Assembly (NCBI GenBank): GCA_965215505.1
Contig: OZ244065.1
Span: forward strand, 5,952,001-6,016,000
Direction of reading: 5' to 3'
From: Capsulimonadaceae bacterium
GTDB taxonomy: Bacteria; Armatimonadota; Armatimonadia; Armatimonadales; Capsulimonadaceae
Length of the DNA: 64,000 bases
Every line of letters starts with the position of its first letter. The first letter of the stretch is position 1. A program made the position numbers and the translations under genes. Below the pieces are notes generated by a model. It saw only the letters and a program-made list of their open reading frames with translations. It searched no databases and was not told where the DNA came from. This document shows positions 1-9,733 of the stretch, one piece after another.

Positions 1-75
1 CCGGTATTTGTTCTGTTATCGGCAATCGGCCCGGCGCGCTTTAGGCCCCTAACGAGCGCCCCCGCTGCCGCCATA

Positions 76-1113
76 ATGGGACACATGAAACAAGCGGACA
101 AACAGGCGGGCGCCTGGCGGAGGCCGAGGTCGCTGCGGCGCGCGTCGGCGCTGATACTCGGGCTGCTCTGTGCGGGCGGCGCGGCCCATGCCCAGATGCC
201 GACGGCGCAGGGGACGACCGTCGGGGAGCTGGACCTGGACCTGCGGGCGCGGATCGCCGCCGTCGGCCATTCGGGGGATGAGCTGCACGCGACCACGTTG
301 CGCCTGGGGACGGAACTGGGGCAGGGTGTCCGTTTCCGCACTTATGGGGCGGACCGGTACGGAACACTCGCCGCCCAGGAGGCGGTCGTGGAGAAGGAGT
401 GGGGCGGGAACGCGGGCCGCGCCCAGGCGGGCCTGGTCCGGCTGCCGTTCGGCATCTACGACCCGCGCGAAACCTACGCCTCGGGCCTGATCGACTACCC
501 GCTGGCGCGCGGCGACTATTACACCCACTCCGTGGACTGGGGGGTGCCGGGCGTGGCGTGGAGCGGTGGTCCGCCGCAGTTGCAGGTGGAGGCGGCGGGG
601 TTCAGCGGGCGCGGGACGGGGATCTGGGACAACCAATCGCTGGTCCGTGGGGTCGCGGCGCGGGCGCAGACCTATTCCGGGGGCGCGATCTTCGGACTCA
701 GCCGCTGGGACGGGGCGCTGCAAGACCCTACGGCGACGCCGGCCATCCAGTCCGTCCACATGACGGGTCTGGACCTGCGCTACACGAAGACCCAACTTCT
801 CGTCCGGGGCGAGTACCTGCTCGGGACTCTGGCTGGCGACCACATGAGCGGCTGGTATGCGGACGCCTACTACCGACTCCCAGGGCATGAGCATTGGAGC
901 CTGGTGGGCCGCCTGGAGCGCCTCAAGCCGGGGAGCGACTATGCCGAAAGCCGTCAGGTCACGCTGGGGGTGCGGTGGGTCGCGACGCGCGACTGGACCC
1001 TGGCGGCCAACTGGCGTCACAACAACGGGCGCGTCTACTCGCCCAACTGGAACCCAGCGGCCCCCAAAGGCGGCGATGTTTTACTGCAAGCCTACCGCCG
1101 CATCAACTGGTAA
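76..1113 (+). CDS. Exported protein, possible outer-membrane beta-barrel/porin-like
   Basis: Signal peptide (AAHA-Q), alternating beta-strand pattern, C-terminal Trp. Confidence 0.55.
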   Translation: MGHMKQADKQAGAWRRPRSLRRASALILGLLCAGGAAHAQMPTAQGTTVGELDLDLRARIAAVGHSGDELHATTLRLGTELGQGVRFRTYGADRYGTLAAQEAVVEKEWGGNAGRAQAGLVRLPFGIYDPRETYASGLIDYPLARGDYYTHSVDWGVPGVAWSGGPPQLQVEAAGFSGRGTGIWDNQSLVRGVAARAQTYSGGAIFGLSRWDGALQDPTATPAIQSVHMTGLDLRYTKTQLLVRGEYLLGTLAGDHMSGWYADAYYRLPGHEHWSLVGRLERLKPGSDYAESRQVTLGVRWVATRDWTLAANWRHNNGRVYSPNWNPAAPKGGDVLLQAYRRINW

Positions 1114-1125
1114 GGGGATGAACGC

Positions 1126-1170
1126 AAAAACGCCCCCGACAACAGCGTGTGCTGTCGCCGGGGGCGTTTT
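1126..1170. terminator. Bidirectional intrinsic terminator
   Basis: AAAAACGCCCCC...GGGGGCGTTTT hairpin between convergent CDS and tRNA. Confidence 0.75.
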
Positions 1171-1188
1171 CTGTTCAGGCGGCCTCAG

Positions 1189-1262
1189 CGGGGATGACGG
1201 GACTTGAACCCGCGGCCTCTGCCTTGACAGGGCAGCGCTCTAACCAATTGAGCTACACCCCC
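1189..1262 (-). tRNA. tRNA-Asp(GTC), CCA not encoded
   Basis: Reverse complement GGGGGTGTAGCTCAATTGGTTAGAGCG-CTGCC-CTGTCAA-GGCAG...GTTCAAGTCCCGTCATCCCCG forms a cloverleaf. Confidence 0.95.
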
Positions 1263-1287
1263 AGGGAATGCGGCCCGAACGTAGAAG

Positions 1288-1317
1288 AATATACCTCAAT
1301 CGGCGTGCGGGTGTCAA
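1288..1317 (-). promoter_or_regulatory. Sigma70-type promoter for tRNA-Asp
   Basis: TTGACA-N18-TATATT on minus strand. Confidence 0.6.
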
Positions 1318-1334
1318 GGGGCGTGGCGACTTTT

Positions 1335-2270
1335 TTAGGGAGGCGTCAGGAGCATCACGGCGCGGCGGACCGCCCCCTCGACCGGCGACTGGAGGGGCGG
1401 CGTCATCTCCGCGAGCGGGGCGAAGCGACGCAGGGAGCGGGTGAAGACGTCGGCCACGAAGTCGCCCGCGTTCCAAAGCCCGCCGATGGGGGCGACCGGG
1501 AACGGCGTCCCGGCATCGGCGAAGAGCCGCCTGGTGACGCCGTGGGCGAGGTGTGCCAGCGTCCCGCCCGCCCGCATCAGGATGGCGCGGGCGACGGCGT
1601 CGTCGTCTTCCTCGGCGGCGGCGGCGACGGTGCGGGCCAGCCCCGCGATCTTCACGCGGGTCAGCCCCCCGCCGTAGACGCCGGGGATCAACTCGGCAGG
1701 GTCGGACAGGCCCAGCCCTTCCAGGATGCGTCCGCTCAGGCTGGTCGGCTCGCCGGTGCCGTCGGCAGCATGCAGGACGGCGGCGAGGGCGGCGCGGCCC
1801 ACGCCGTAGCCGCTGCCGCCGTCATCAATGAGGTAGCCGTAGGCCCCGGCCTTGTGGCGTTCGCCCGCCGCGTTCTCGCCATACGCCGCCGAGCCGGTCC
1901 CCGCGATGACGATCACGCCCGGCCTGCCCCCGGTCGCCCCGGTCAAGGCGATGGCGTAGTCCGGCTCGACGGCGACACGGGCTTGGGGGAAAGCAGACAG
2001 AAGACCGGCCCGAAACTGGTCCCGGCGCAGTGTGAAGGATACGCCCGCGACGCCCGCGCAGAGGGCGGAAACATCGTCGCGGCCCTGTCCTGCTTCCCTC
2101 AGCGCCAGATCGGCCGCTGTTAGGGCCGTGGTCAGAGCCTCGGACGGCGGGACGGCGGCCAGGTTGCAGGCCCCCACTTGTCCCCGCCCGATGATCTCGC
2201 CCGACGAAGTGGCGGCGGCGACGCGGGTCTGCGTCCCGCCGCCGTCCAGCCCGAGGACGAGGCCGGTCAT
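1335..2270 (-). CDS. BadF/BadG/BcrA/BcrD-type ATPase (N-acetylglucosamine kinase-like)
   Basis: LGLDGGGTQT, IAGTGS, GYLIDDGGSG motifs; ATG at 2270 overlaps upstream stop. Confidence 0.85.
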   Translation of the reverse strand: MTGLVLGLDGGGTQTRVAAATSSGEIIGRGQVGACNLAAVPPSEALTTALTAADLALREAGQGRDDVSALCAGVAGVSFTLRRDQFRAGLLSAFPQARVAVEPDYAIALTGATGGRPGVIVIAGTGSAAYGENAAGERHKAGAYGYLIDDGGSGYGVGRAALAAVLHAADGTGEPTSLSGRILEGLGLSDPAELIPGVYGGGLTRVKIAGLARTVAAAAEEDDDAVARAILMRAGGTLAHLAHGVTRRLFADAGTPFPVAPIGGLWNAGDFVADVFTRSLRRFAPLAEMTPPLQSPVEGAVRRAVMLLTPP

Positions 2271-2896
2271 TCGGCCAGCCCTGCCAGATGGCTGGTGTCG
2301 TTCAGGAACAGGACGCGGCTGTCCCCCGGCTTGTGAAAGTCGAGGCGGCTCAGGGAGGCGTTGTCCAGGTGCAGGCACAGGAGGGTGGGGAGGGCGGCCT
2401 GCAAGGCTTCCAGGACCAGCGCGCGGCCGGACCCGCCGTGCCCGACCAGCAAGACGGTTTCTTCCGGGCCGGGGTGCGCGGCCAGGACGCGGCGCAGGAC
2501 GGTGGACAGCCGCTCCTGCACCTGCGGCCAGGTCTCGCCGCCGGGGACGAGGGCCTCAAGGTCGCGGGCGACATGATACCGGTGCCACAGGTCCGGGTAG
2601 TCCCGCTCCAGGTCGGCCTGGTTCAGCCCCTCCCAGTCCCCGAAGCCCTTCTCGCGCAACTCCGGCACCGTCTGGACCGTCAGCCCGTGCCGGGCGGCGG
2701 TCGGCGCGGCGGTCCGGGCGGCGCGGGACAGGTCGCTGGTGTAGACGGCGTTAAGGCGGGTGTGAGACAGCCGGGTCGCCAGCGCCTCGGCCTGCGCCAA
2801 GCCCTTCGCGCTGAGGGGGATGTCGGTCCAGCCTTGGACGCGGCGGATGGCGTTCCATTCGGTTTCGCCGTGGCGGGCCAGTAGAATACGGGTCAC
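2267..2896 (-). CDS. Histidine phosphatase (phosphoglycerate mutase family)
   Basis: LARHGET, SDLSRA, FGDWEG, VGHGG; GTG start inferred. Confidence 0.9.
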   Translation of the reverse strand: MTRILLARHGETEWNAIRRVQGWTDIPLSAKGLAQAEALATRLSHTRLNAVYTSDLSRAARTAAPTAARHGLTVQTVPELREKGFGDWEGLNQADLERDYPDLWHRYHVARDLEALVPGGETWPQVQERLSTVLRRVLAAHPGPEETVLLVGHGGSGRALVLEALQAALPTLLCLHLDNASLSRLDFHKPGDSRVLFLNDTSHLAGLAE

Positions 2897-2961
2897 GTTC
2901 GCTCCCTGTCGGTTTGCTGCGAGAAGTGTACCCGGCGGTGATGGAATTCTGATGCCCGCTG

Positions 2962-2990
2962 TTGACAAAACCCGCCGTATCTGCTACAAT
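2962..2990 (+). promoter_or_regulatory. Sigma70 promoter for tRNA-Pro
   Basis: TTGACA-N17-TACAAT. Confidence 0.8.
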
Positions 2991-3016
2991 GGTCCTGTCG
3001 GTGTTTGGAACCAGTC

Positions 3017-3093
3017 CGGGGTGTAGCACAGTTGGTTAGCGCGTGAAGCTGGGGGCTTCAAGGTCGCAGGTTCGAGTCCTGTCACCCCGACCA
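3017..3093 (+). tRNA. tRNA-Pro(GGG)
   Basis: CGGGGTG...TGAAG-CTGGGGG-CTTCA...GTTCGAGTCC...CACCCCGACCA. Confidence 0.95.
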
Positions 3094-3108
3094 TTTTCAG
3101 ACGACGGC

Positions 3109-3145
3109 AAAAGCGGCGAGAGGAATGCTCCTCTCGCCGCTTTTT
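3109..3145. terminator. Bidirectional intrinsic terminator
   Basis: AAAAGCGGCGAGAGGA-ATGC-TCCTCTCGCCGCTTTTT. Confidence 0.85.
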
Positions 3146-3161
3146 CGTGTCGGGTTCGGTG

Positions 3162-3548
3162 TCAGCCGCGCCTGACCTGGACATAGGGCGACTGCTGCTC
3201 GACGCGGCGCAGGCGCTCGTCCGTCCGCTCTAAAGTCTGGTCGAAGGACACGTCAAAAGAGGTGGCCGTGTCGCGGAGCTGGGCGAGCTGGGCGTTCAGC
3301 GCGGCGACCTCGGCGGCCAGCGCCCGAGGGTCCGTGCGCGGCAGGGGCAGCGGGCGGCCCAGCAGCAGGGAGGCCGCCTGGCGGCCGAGGGCGCGCGCGC
3401 CCGTCAGCAGCGCGGTCCATCCCCAGCCCAGGGCGGCGACAAGCAGGAGCAGGACCATCGGGAACGTGCTGAAATGGTTCTCACCCAGCCATAGATGGTC
3501 GATCAGCGCGCCGAGGCTGATCCAGAAAACGGCCCTCCAGGCTTTCAT
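3162..3548 (-). CDS. Hypothetical membrane protein with C-terminal coiled coil
   Basis: MKAWRAVFW start after AGGAG; two hydrophobic segments. Confidence 0.65.
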   Translation of the reverse strand: MKAWRAVFWISLGALIDHLWLGENHFSTFPMVLLLLVAALGWGWTALLTGARALGRQAASLLLGRPLPLPRTDPRALAAEVAALNAQLAQLRDTATSFDVSFDQTLERTDERLRRVEQQSPYVQVRRG

Positions 3549-3562
3549 GCGGACTCCTTCTT

Positions 3563-4240
3563 CTACGGTCGGGCGATGGCGGGGCCGCCCGACTGGGCGG
3601 GGGACGCGGCGGGGGCGCTGACCGGGTGGCAGGCGGTTTCGGCCCAGGTGCCGTTCCATTCCAGGCGTCGTGCGGCCAGCTTCGCCGTTTCCTTGCCTTC
3701 GAACCGCTCGATGATGGCGAGGGCGAGGTCAAGCCCCGCCGAGATGCCCCCGCACGACATGATCGTCTTGCCGCTGCTGACCACGCGGGAGCCTTTGACG
3801 ACTTTGATGGCCGGATACGCCTTCGCCATCGTCTCCAGGTGGGACGCATGGGTGGTGATCCGGTGGCCGTCGGCAAGGCCGGTCTTGGCGAGGATGTACG
3901 CGCCCGTACTGACCGAGGCGATCACCTCGGCCGAGTCGCTCGCTTTCCGCAGGAACTCCATCACATGAAGTGGCAGGTTCTCTTTGCGCGAGCCTGGCCC
4001 GCCGGGGATGATGATGATGTCGGCCTCGAAGGCTTCGGCCAGAGACTTGTCGGGCAGGATGCAGAGCTTGTGCGCGCACTGAACCGTCGCCCGCCGGTCC
4101 GCGACGGTCTGGACGTGGAACGCCGGTTTCTCGCTCCATCGCCCGTCCACGACGCGGCGGCAGGAGGCCAGCACCTCGTAAGGCCCGCAAAAGTCGAGTT
4201 CGTCCACCCCTTCATACAGCAGCACGTCCACAGTTCTCAT
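3563..4240 (-). CDS. DJ-1/PfpI family protein
   Basis: ELDFCGPYEV, IIIPGG, ASVSTGA (Ser at the usual Cys position), GGISAGLD. Confidence 0.85.
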   Translation of the reverse strand: MRTVDVLLYEGVDELDFCGPYEVLASCRRVVDGRWSEKPAFHVQTVADRRATVQCAHKLCILPDKSLAEAFEADIIIIPGGPGSRKENLPLHVMEFLRKASDSAEVIASVSTGAYILAKTGLADGHRITTHASHLETMAKAYPAIKVVKGSRVVSSGKTIMSCGGISAGLDLALAIIERFEGKETAKLAARRLEWNGTWAETACHPVSAPAASPAQSGGPAIARP

Positions 4241-4352
4241 CGTTGAATGCCTCTTGATGCCTTGCCGCGTCCCGCCGGAGCCGGTCAGACTCCGCCGGAT
4301 GCTGGTGAATACCGGACCTCGCCAGCAAGATCATCCCCTTCCAGCCTCGCCT

Positions 4353-5054
4353 TCAGCGCCAGAAACGCAGCAGGGACTCGAAGACCGCGCGGCCGTCGCC
4401 CGAGCCGAGGGCCGGGTCGGCGGCCCGCTCCGGGTGCGGCATCAGGCCGAGGACGTTAAAGCCCTCGTTGGCGATGCCGGCGATGTCGTCCCGCGAACCG
4501 TTCGGGTTCGCGCCGTCCGTCGGCACCCCATCCGCCATTTCTTCCGGGTGCGTGTACCGAAACAGGACCCGGTTCTTCGCCTTCAGCTCTTCGAGCGTGG
4601 CGTCGTCGCAGACGTACTTGCCCTCGCCGTGCGCGACGGGGACTTGCAATATCTGTCCCGCCGTGAGCGCGTTCGTGAAGGGCGTGTCCGTGTTCTCGGC
4701 GCGCAGGTGGACCTGCTTGCAGACGAACTTCTGGTTGTCGTTGCGGAGCAGCGCGCCCGGCAGCAAGTGGGACTCGCACAGCACCTGGAAGCCGTTGCAA
4801 ATGCCCAGGACCAGCCCGCCACCCGCCGCGAACTCCTGCGTGGCCGCCATGGCGGGCGCGAACCGCGCGATGGCCCCGCAGCGCAGATAGTCGCCATAGG
4901 AAAAGCCGCCCGGCACGACGACGCAGTCCACGCCCTTCAGGTCCGCGTCCTGGTGCCACAAATACTCGGTCGGCTGGCCCATGACGTCTTTAAGCGTGTG
5001 GTAGGCGTCCTGATCGCAGTTGGAGCCTGGAAATTTGATCACGCCGAATTTCAC
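4353..5054 (-). CDS. purQ: FGAM synthase glutaminase subunit
   Basis: [30 protein letters not shown]. Confidence 0.97.
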   Translation of the reverse strand: MKFGVIKFPGSNCDQDAYHTLKDVMGQPTEYLWHQDADLKGVDCVVVPGGFSYGDYLRCGAIARFAPAMAATQEFAAGGGLVLGICNGFQVLCESHLLPGALLRNDNQKFVCKQVHLRAENTDTPFTNALTAGQILQVPVAHGEGKYVCDDATLEELKAKNRVLFRYTHPEEMADGVPTDGANPNGSRDDIAGIANEGFNVLGLMPHPERAADPALGSGDGRAVFESLLRFWR

Positions 5055-5290
5055 GCGACCACCTCATAGCGGTAGTCCTCGATGACCGGGTTCGCCAGCA
5101 GCTTGTCGCACATCTCGCGAATCTGCGTGTCCATCTCCGCCCCGTCCGCCACCGTCATCTCCACATACTTGCCGATCCGCACCTGCTCCACGCCGCCGTA
5201 GCCGAGCTGCTGCAAGGCCCCCTGGACCACCTTGCCCTGCGCGTCCAGCAGGGACGGCTTGAGCGTCACATAAACCTTGACCTGCACCAT
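5051..5290 (-). CDS. purS: FGAM synthase subunit PurS
   Basis: [25 protein letters not shown]. Confidence 0.95.
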   Translation of the reverse strand: MVQVKVYVTLKPSLLDAQGKVVQGALQQLGYGGVEQVRIGKYVEMTVADGAEMDTQIREMCDKLLANPVIEDYRYEVVA

Positions 5291-5320
5291 TACTTCTCCC
5301 GTTCGTTTTTGCAAATTTCG

Positions 5321-5737
5321 TTATTTTTTGTACACCGTGTACGTCATTTCGGAGGCCACCCCACCTGATTTGTTCAGCAGGTGAATGACATGGGCGTGAA
5401 GTGTCGCGGTGTCCAGTGGCGTGTAATCATAGTTGACCAGCAGAATGTTCGACCGGCGTGGCTTCCACAGCTTTGCCGTAAAATGGGACACGCGACACCT
5501 GCCGGAGGCGACGACCGCCGCAACGGGAGGTGCCGGGCGTGTTCCTGACGTAGAGGGGGCGATGTGTTCCATGATGTGGTAAATGTGCCCGACTCGCCAT
5601 GGAAGGGGGGAGTAAGTCGTCATCCCCGACCATGGGAACAACGGCTGGCTCATTTGTGCCTCTAGCGGACGACAAAAACAAAATACCATCAGGATGACGG
5701 CTGCCCACCTAAGTCCGAATGTCTCCCTACTTCTCAT
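5321..5737 (-). CDS. Hypothetical secreted protein
   Basis: Signal peptide-like N-terminus; lower GC; ATGA overlap with upstream small ORF. Confidence 0.5.
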   Translation of the reverse strand: MRSRETFGLRWAAVILMVFCFCRPLEAQMSQPLFPWSGMTTYSPLPWRVGHIYHIMEHIAPSTSGTRPAPPVAAVVASGRCRVSHFTAKLWKPRRSNILLVNYDYTPLDTATLHAHVIHLLNKSGGVASEMTYTVYKK

Positions 5738-5898
5738 GCCTGCATCTCTGCAACGGCCGCTTTGTATTCGGAAATCGCTTCGCGAATGTTGTCCAGTGCC
5801 TCCTGCCTCGTCTCGCCCTGGGACCAGCAGCCCGGCAGAGCCGGACAGGAAACGCTGTAGCCTTCCTCTGATTTGAGCAGCATCACTCGGTAAAGCAT
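5734..5898 (-). CDS. Short HicB-like antitoxin-family protein, 54 aa (not in ORF track)
   Basis: MLYRVMLLKSEEGYSVSCPALPGCWSQGETRQEALDNIREAISEY matches the HicB N-terminal signature. Confidence 0.8.
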   Translation of the reverse strand: MLYRVMLLKSEEGYSVSCPALPGCWSQGETRQEALDNIREAISEYKAAVAEMQA

Positions 5899-5997
5899 GG
5901 CGACGACCTATCTTCCTTCATGGGGGCGTTCTATGCAACCACCTGTGCAGTCATTATACCATTGATTGCCAAGACGTGCCAGAGGCCGCTTGGTTCA

Positions 5998-7362
5998 TTA
6001 TTCCGGCTGGACGTGCCGGACGAGCTGGGCGGCCAGCCCGGTGTAAGTCGCGGGCGTCAGGCTGAGGAGGCGCTGCTTGTCGTCGTCAGGCAGGTCCAAA
6101 TCAGTGATGAAGGTTTGGATGCCTTCTTTGGTGATGCCCGCGCCGCGCGTCAGCTCCTTCAGCCGCTCGTAGGCGTCGGGGGTGCCGGCGCGGCGCATGA
6201 CCGTCTGGATCGGCTCGGCCAGCACCTCCCAGGCGTCCCCCAGGTCGCGCGCGATGGCGGCCGGGTTGACCTCTAAGACGCCCAGGCCGCGCAGGGTGGA
6301 CTGGAGGGCGACGTAGGAGTGGGCGACGGCAGCCCCGACGTTGCGGAGGGCGCTCGAATCGGTCAGGTCGCGCTGGAGCCGGGAGACCGGCAGCTTGGCG
6401 GCGAGGTGGGTCAGCAGGGCATTGGACACACCGAGATTGGCCTCAGAGTTCTCGAAGTTGATGGGGTTGACCTTGTGCGGCATGGTGGAGGAGCCGACCT
6501 CCCCGGCCACGGCCCGCTGCTTGAAGTAGGCCAGCGAGATGTAGGTCCAGACGTCCTGGTCGAAGCCCAGTGTGACCGTGTTGAAGCGGATCAGGGCGTG
6601 GGCCAGCTCCGCGATCCAGTCGTGCGACTCAATCTGGGTCGTCAGCGGATTGAACGTCAGCCCCAGATGCTCGACGAAGGCGCGTGACAGATCCTCCCAG
6701 GGCAAATCCGGGTAGGCAGCGGTGTGGGTGTGGAAGTTGCCGACCGTGCCGTTGAACTTGCCCAGATACTCGACCGCCTCGATCTGCCGGATTTGACGCC
6801 GCCAGCGGTGGACGAAGACGGCCATCTCCTTGCCCAAGGTGGTCGGGCTGGCGGGCTGGCCGTGGGTCCGGGCGAGGATGGCGACTCCGCGCGTGTCCTG
6901 GGCCAGCACGGCGACCCGGTCCACCATCCGGGCCGCCAGCGGCAGCCACCTCCCCCGAATCCCATTCTGGAGCATCAGGCCATAGGACAGGTTGTTGATG
7001 TCCTCCGAGGTGCAGCAGAAGTGGAGGAAGGGGATGACATCGGCAAGCGATGTCTCCCGCAGCCGCTCCTGCAAGTAATACTCGACGGCCTTGACGTCAT
7101 GGCGCGTGGTCTGCTCGATCTCCTTGACGCGGCCCGCCTGCGCCGGGTCAAACTGTGTGATGATGGCGCGCAGATAGCTTTGCTCCTCGCCGGAGAGTGG
7201 CCGGACGTCCGTGATGCCGGGCTGCTCGGCGAGGAACAGGAGCCACTCCACTTCCACCCGTACCCGGTACTTGATGAGGGCGTACTCAGAGAACTCGGAG
7301 GTCAGGTCCTCCGTCTGCGCCGCGTAGCGCCCGTCAACCGGTGAAATGGCCGTCACTGACAT
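5998..7362 (-). CDS. purB: Adenylosuccinate lyase
   Basis: ISPVDGRY, TSEDINN, RTHGQPA, GSSTMPHKVNP. Confidence 0.97.
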   Translation of the reverse strand: MSVTAISPVDGRYAAQTEDLTSEFSEYALIKYRVRVEVEWLLFLAEQPGITDVRPLSGEEQSYLRAIITQFDPAQAGRVKEIEQTTRHDVKAVEYYLQERLRETSLADVIPFLHFCCTSEDINNLSYGLMLQNGIRGRWLPLAARMVDRVAVLAQDTRGVAILARTHGQPASPTTLGKEMAVFVHRWRRQIRQIEAVEYLGKFNGTVGNFHTHTAAYPDLPWEDLSRAFVEHLGLTFNPLTTQIESHDWIAELAHALIRFNTVTLGFDQDVWTYISLAYFKQRAVAGEVGSSTMPHKVNPINFENSEANLGVSNALLTHLAAKLPVSRLQRDLTDSSALRNVGAAVAHSYVALQSTLRGLGVLEVNPAAIARDLGDAWEVLAEPIQTVMRRAGTPDAYERLKELTRGAGITKEGIQTFITDLDLPDDDKQRLLSLTPATYTGLAAQLVRHVQPE

Positions 7363-7612
7363 GTTCGATGTATCCTTTGCGTCTGCTAGGGCCTTATTAT
7401 ACCTCCGCCCCTCATCAGCCCGACCGACAAGACACTGCGGATTTCCCGTAGCGATGCTCACGGAAAATAGGCGAGAATTTAACCGAACTCTCACGTTGTT
7501 CCGCGCCAAACACTCAAACATACAGGTATAATTACCCGGTCAACCATGCAAGCATGGGCGGCGGAGCCGCACGGACGCGGCAGAAAAGCAGAAAGCCGGT
7601 GGGCAAGCAAGA

Positions 7613-8845
7613 ATGCCAGTGAAGAAGATCGGCCTGTTATTGGGCGATGAAACGGACTGGCCTGATGCCCTGGAAGCGATCCTGCGCCGCCTTCAGCCGC
7701 AGATTTCCTATGGAGGCGAAACTTGGCGCGTGGCGATGGAACGTGTCCGCCTCCGGCCCTTCGCGCTTGACCAGCCCGTCCCTTATGATGTCGTCCTGGA
7801 CCGCCTGAGCCACTGGCACTTCCAGCCCCGGCAGTGGCTCAAAAAGGCCGCGCTGGTGGATGACGCCTACCTGCTCAATAACCCTTTCACCTTCCAGTGC
7901 TTCGACAAACACGCCGCCTATGCCGCCATGCACCGGCTCGGGCTGCCGGTCCCGCAGACGTGGCTCCTCCCCGTGGCGGAGGGGGTCAACACCTACAAGT
8001 ACCGCGTCACCACGTCCCGCTATCAGGACCCCCCCGACCTGGCGGGGATCGGGGCGCGGACGGGTTATCCCCTTTATCTGAAGCCCTACGACGGCGCGGG
8101 CGGGCGAGACGTGAGCCGGGTGGACGGCGAAGACGCCTTAGCCCAATCGTATGCGGAGTCGGGGCAGGCGCTCCTGCTCGCTCAAGCCGGCGTGGGTCCG
8201 GGCGGGATGCTGCGGACGCTGGGCATCGGCCCGCAGGCCTTGACCGTGCGTTATGACATCGGGCAGCCGATGCACGCCCGCTACCGGCTGGACAGGCCGG
8301 ACGAGGCCGAGGCGCGGGAGGCGGGGCGGGTCATCAAAGTGATCAACGCCTTCTTCCTGTGGGACCTCAACACCTGCGAGACCATCTGGCAGGGCGGCCG
8401 GGGGTGGCTGATAGACTTCGCCAACGCCTGCCCGGACATGGCCCTGACGAGCCTGCACGCCTTCTTCCCCGGCGTCCTCAAATCCCTGCTGTCGTGGCTG
8501 GTCTACTGCGCCGTCACCGACCGCCCGATGCGGCTGATGCCCGACGCCGCGCCCTATTTTGCCGTCGCCGACTCGGCGCGCACCCCCGAGGAGAAGATGG
8601 ACGCCTACGAGAGATTGGCGGACGCCCACTTCACCACGGAAGCATTCCAAGACTTCTGCGCCACGCACCTGCAAGGTCTGGACGGGTGCGCCCGAAACTT
8701 CGCGCGGTCGGCGGAGTTCGACGCCATCCTGGTGCAGAAAGTTTGTTCCACATTCCCACATCACGAACAGGAGGGCTTCATCTCACATTACCGGCACCTG
8801 ATCCGAACCTGGGTCGAGGACGAAACTGGTGGCACAGACCACTGA
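7613..8845 (+). CDS. ATP-grasp (RimK/glutathione synthetase-like) protein
   Basis: LLNNPF, GLPVPQTW, YPLYLKPYDGAGG, IDFANACPD. Confidence 0.75.
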   Translation: MPVKKIGLLLGDETDWPDALEAILRRLQPQISYGGETWRVAMERVRLRPFALDQPVPYDVVLDRLSHWHFQPRQWLKKAALVDDAYLLNNPFTFQCFDKHAAYAAMHRLGLPVPQTWLLPVAEGVNTYKYRVTTSRYQDPPDLAGIGARTGYPLYLKPYDGAGGRDVSRVDGEDALAQSYAESGQALLLAQAGVGPGGMLRTLGIGPQALTVRYDIGQPMHARYRLDRPDEAEAREAGRVIKVINAFFLWDLNTCETIWQGGRGWLIDFANACPDMALTSLHAFFPGVLKSLLSWLVYCAVTDRPMRLMPDAAPYFAVADSARTPEEKMDAYERLADAHFTTEAFQDFCATHLQGLDGCARNFARSAEFDAILVQKVCSTFPHHEQEGFISHYRHLIRTWVEDETGGTDH

Positions 8846-8945
8846 AAGCGCATCCCGTCCCGACCACGTCCCGCATGGCACTTGCCATACACCCTGCAAT
8901 CATCGAGGCCGCCCATTGAAGGCGGCCCGTAAGGAGAAACACACC

Positions 8946-9641
8946 GTGGCCCAAACTTCTAACGGTTCCATCCCCGTTGATCTCGTCATCCTGATCGACA
9001 CCAGCGTTTCCATGAAAGACGAGGCCGTCGGCCTCAGCGCGGCGGCGGAGGCCGCCATCGAAGTCGCCAGCACCAAATGCCCATCCGACCTGCGCGTCAA
9101 GTGGCTCGGCCTGGAAGGCGTCTGGAAAGGCACCAGCTTTGACCAGAGCGTTCATGCCTACCTTGGCGGCGTCGGCGTCCCTGCGGACGCCCTCCGGGGC
9201 CGCAAGAAGGGCGAGGTGGCGGACGGCGGCGCGCAGGAGGACGGCGCGCGCAACATGGAGGACATCACGCACCACTTCGACTGGCGCGAGGGCGTGGCCC
9301 GCGCGATCTTCTACCTCAGCGACGAGGCGCTTGAAGGCGGCGGCGACATGATCACGCCGGAGCAGACGGCGGCGGGCGACAAGGCCATCGCGGCGGCCCA
9401 GGGGGGTGGGGTCACGGTACACACCTACTTCGGCACCACCAAGAGCCGCTACAAGGCCGACTTGCAGGCCGAGTTCGCCCGCGTCGCCCACGAGACGGGC
9501 GGGCACGCCTTCACGCAGCAGGACAGCATCGGCGGGTTCGCGCAGGTGCTGGAGAAGGTGATCTGCACCTCGCGCGTGGTCAAGGAGCCGGCGGCTCCGG
9601 GCGGCGGGTTCGCACCCGCTACCCACCAGCAGGAGATGTAA
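8946..9641 (+). CDS. von Willebrand A domain protein
   Basis: DLVILIDTSVSM MIDAS motif, ETGG; GTG after AAGGAG. Confidence 0.75.
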   Translation: MAQTSNGSIPVDLVILIDTSVSMKDEAVGLSAAAEAAIEVASTKCPSDLRVKWLGLEGVWKGTSFDQSVHAYLGGVGVPADALRGRKKGEVADGGAQEDGARNMEDITHHFDWREGVARAIFYLSDEALEGGGDMITPEQTAAGDKAIAAAQGGGVTVHTYFGTTKSRYKADLQAEFARVAHETGGHAFTQQDSIGGFAQVLEKVICTSRVVKEPAAPGGGFAPATHQQEM

Positions 9642-9733
9642 GTCGCCGACGGGCATGAAAAGCGGCCCGCCTTCCAAAAGAGGGCGGGCCGGGCACCCCG
9701 GCCCCCTGGACGCACGACACGCGAGGAGTTCAC

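Noticed and set aside
1189-3145. tRNA-anchored integrated element
   Set aside because: No integrase and no duplicated tRNA 3' end seen in the window
4247-4352. Structured RNA between purQ and the DJ-1 gene
   Set aside because: Only a generic GC-rich imperfect hairpin with no recognisable motif
7370-7430. Hammerhead ribozyme or purine riboswitch upstream of purB (CTGATGAG on minus strand)
   Set aside because: No GAAA after a stem II and no purine aptamer core; overlaps a probable TATAAT promoter
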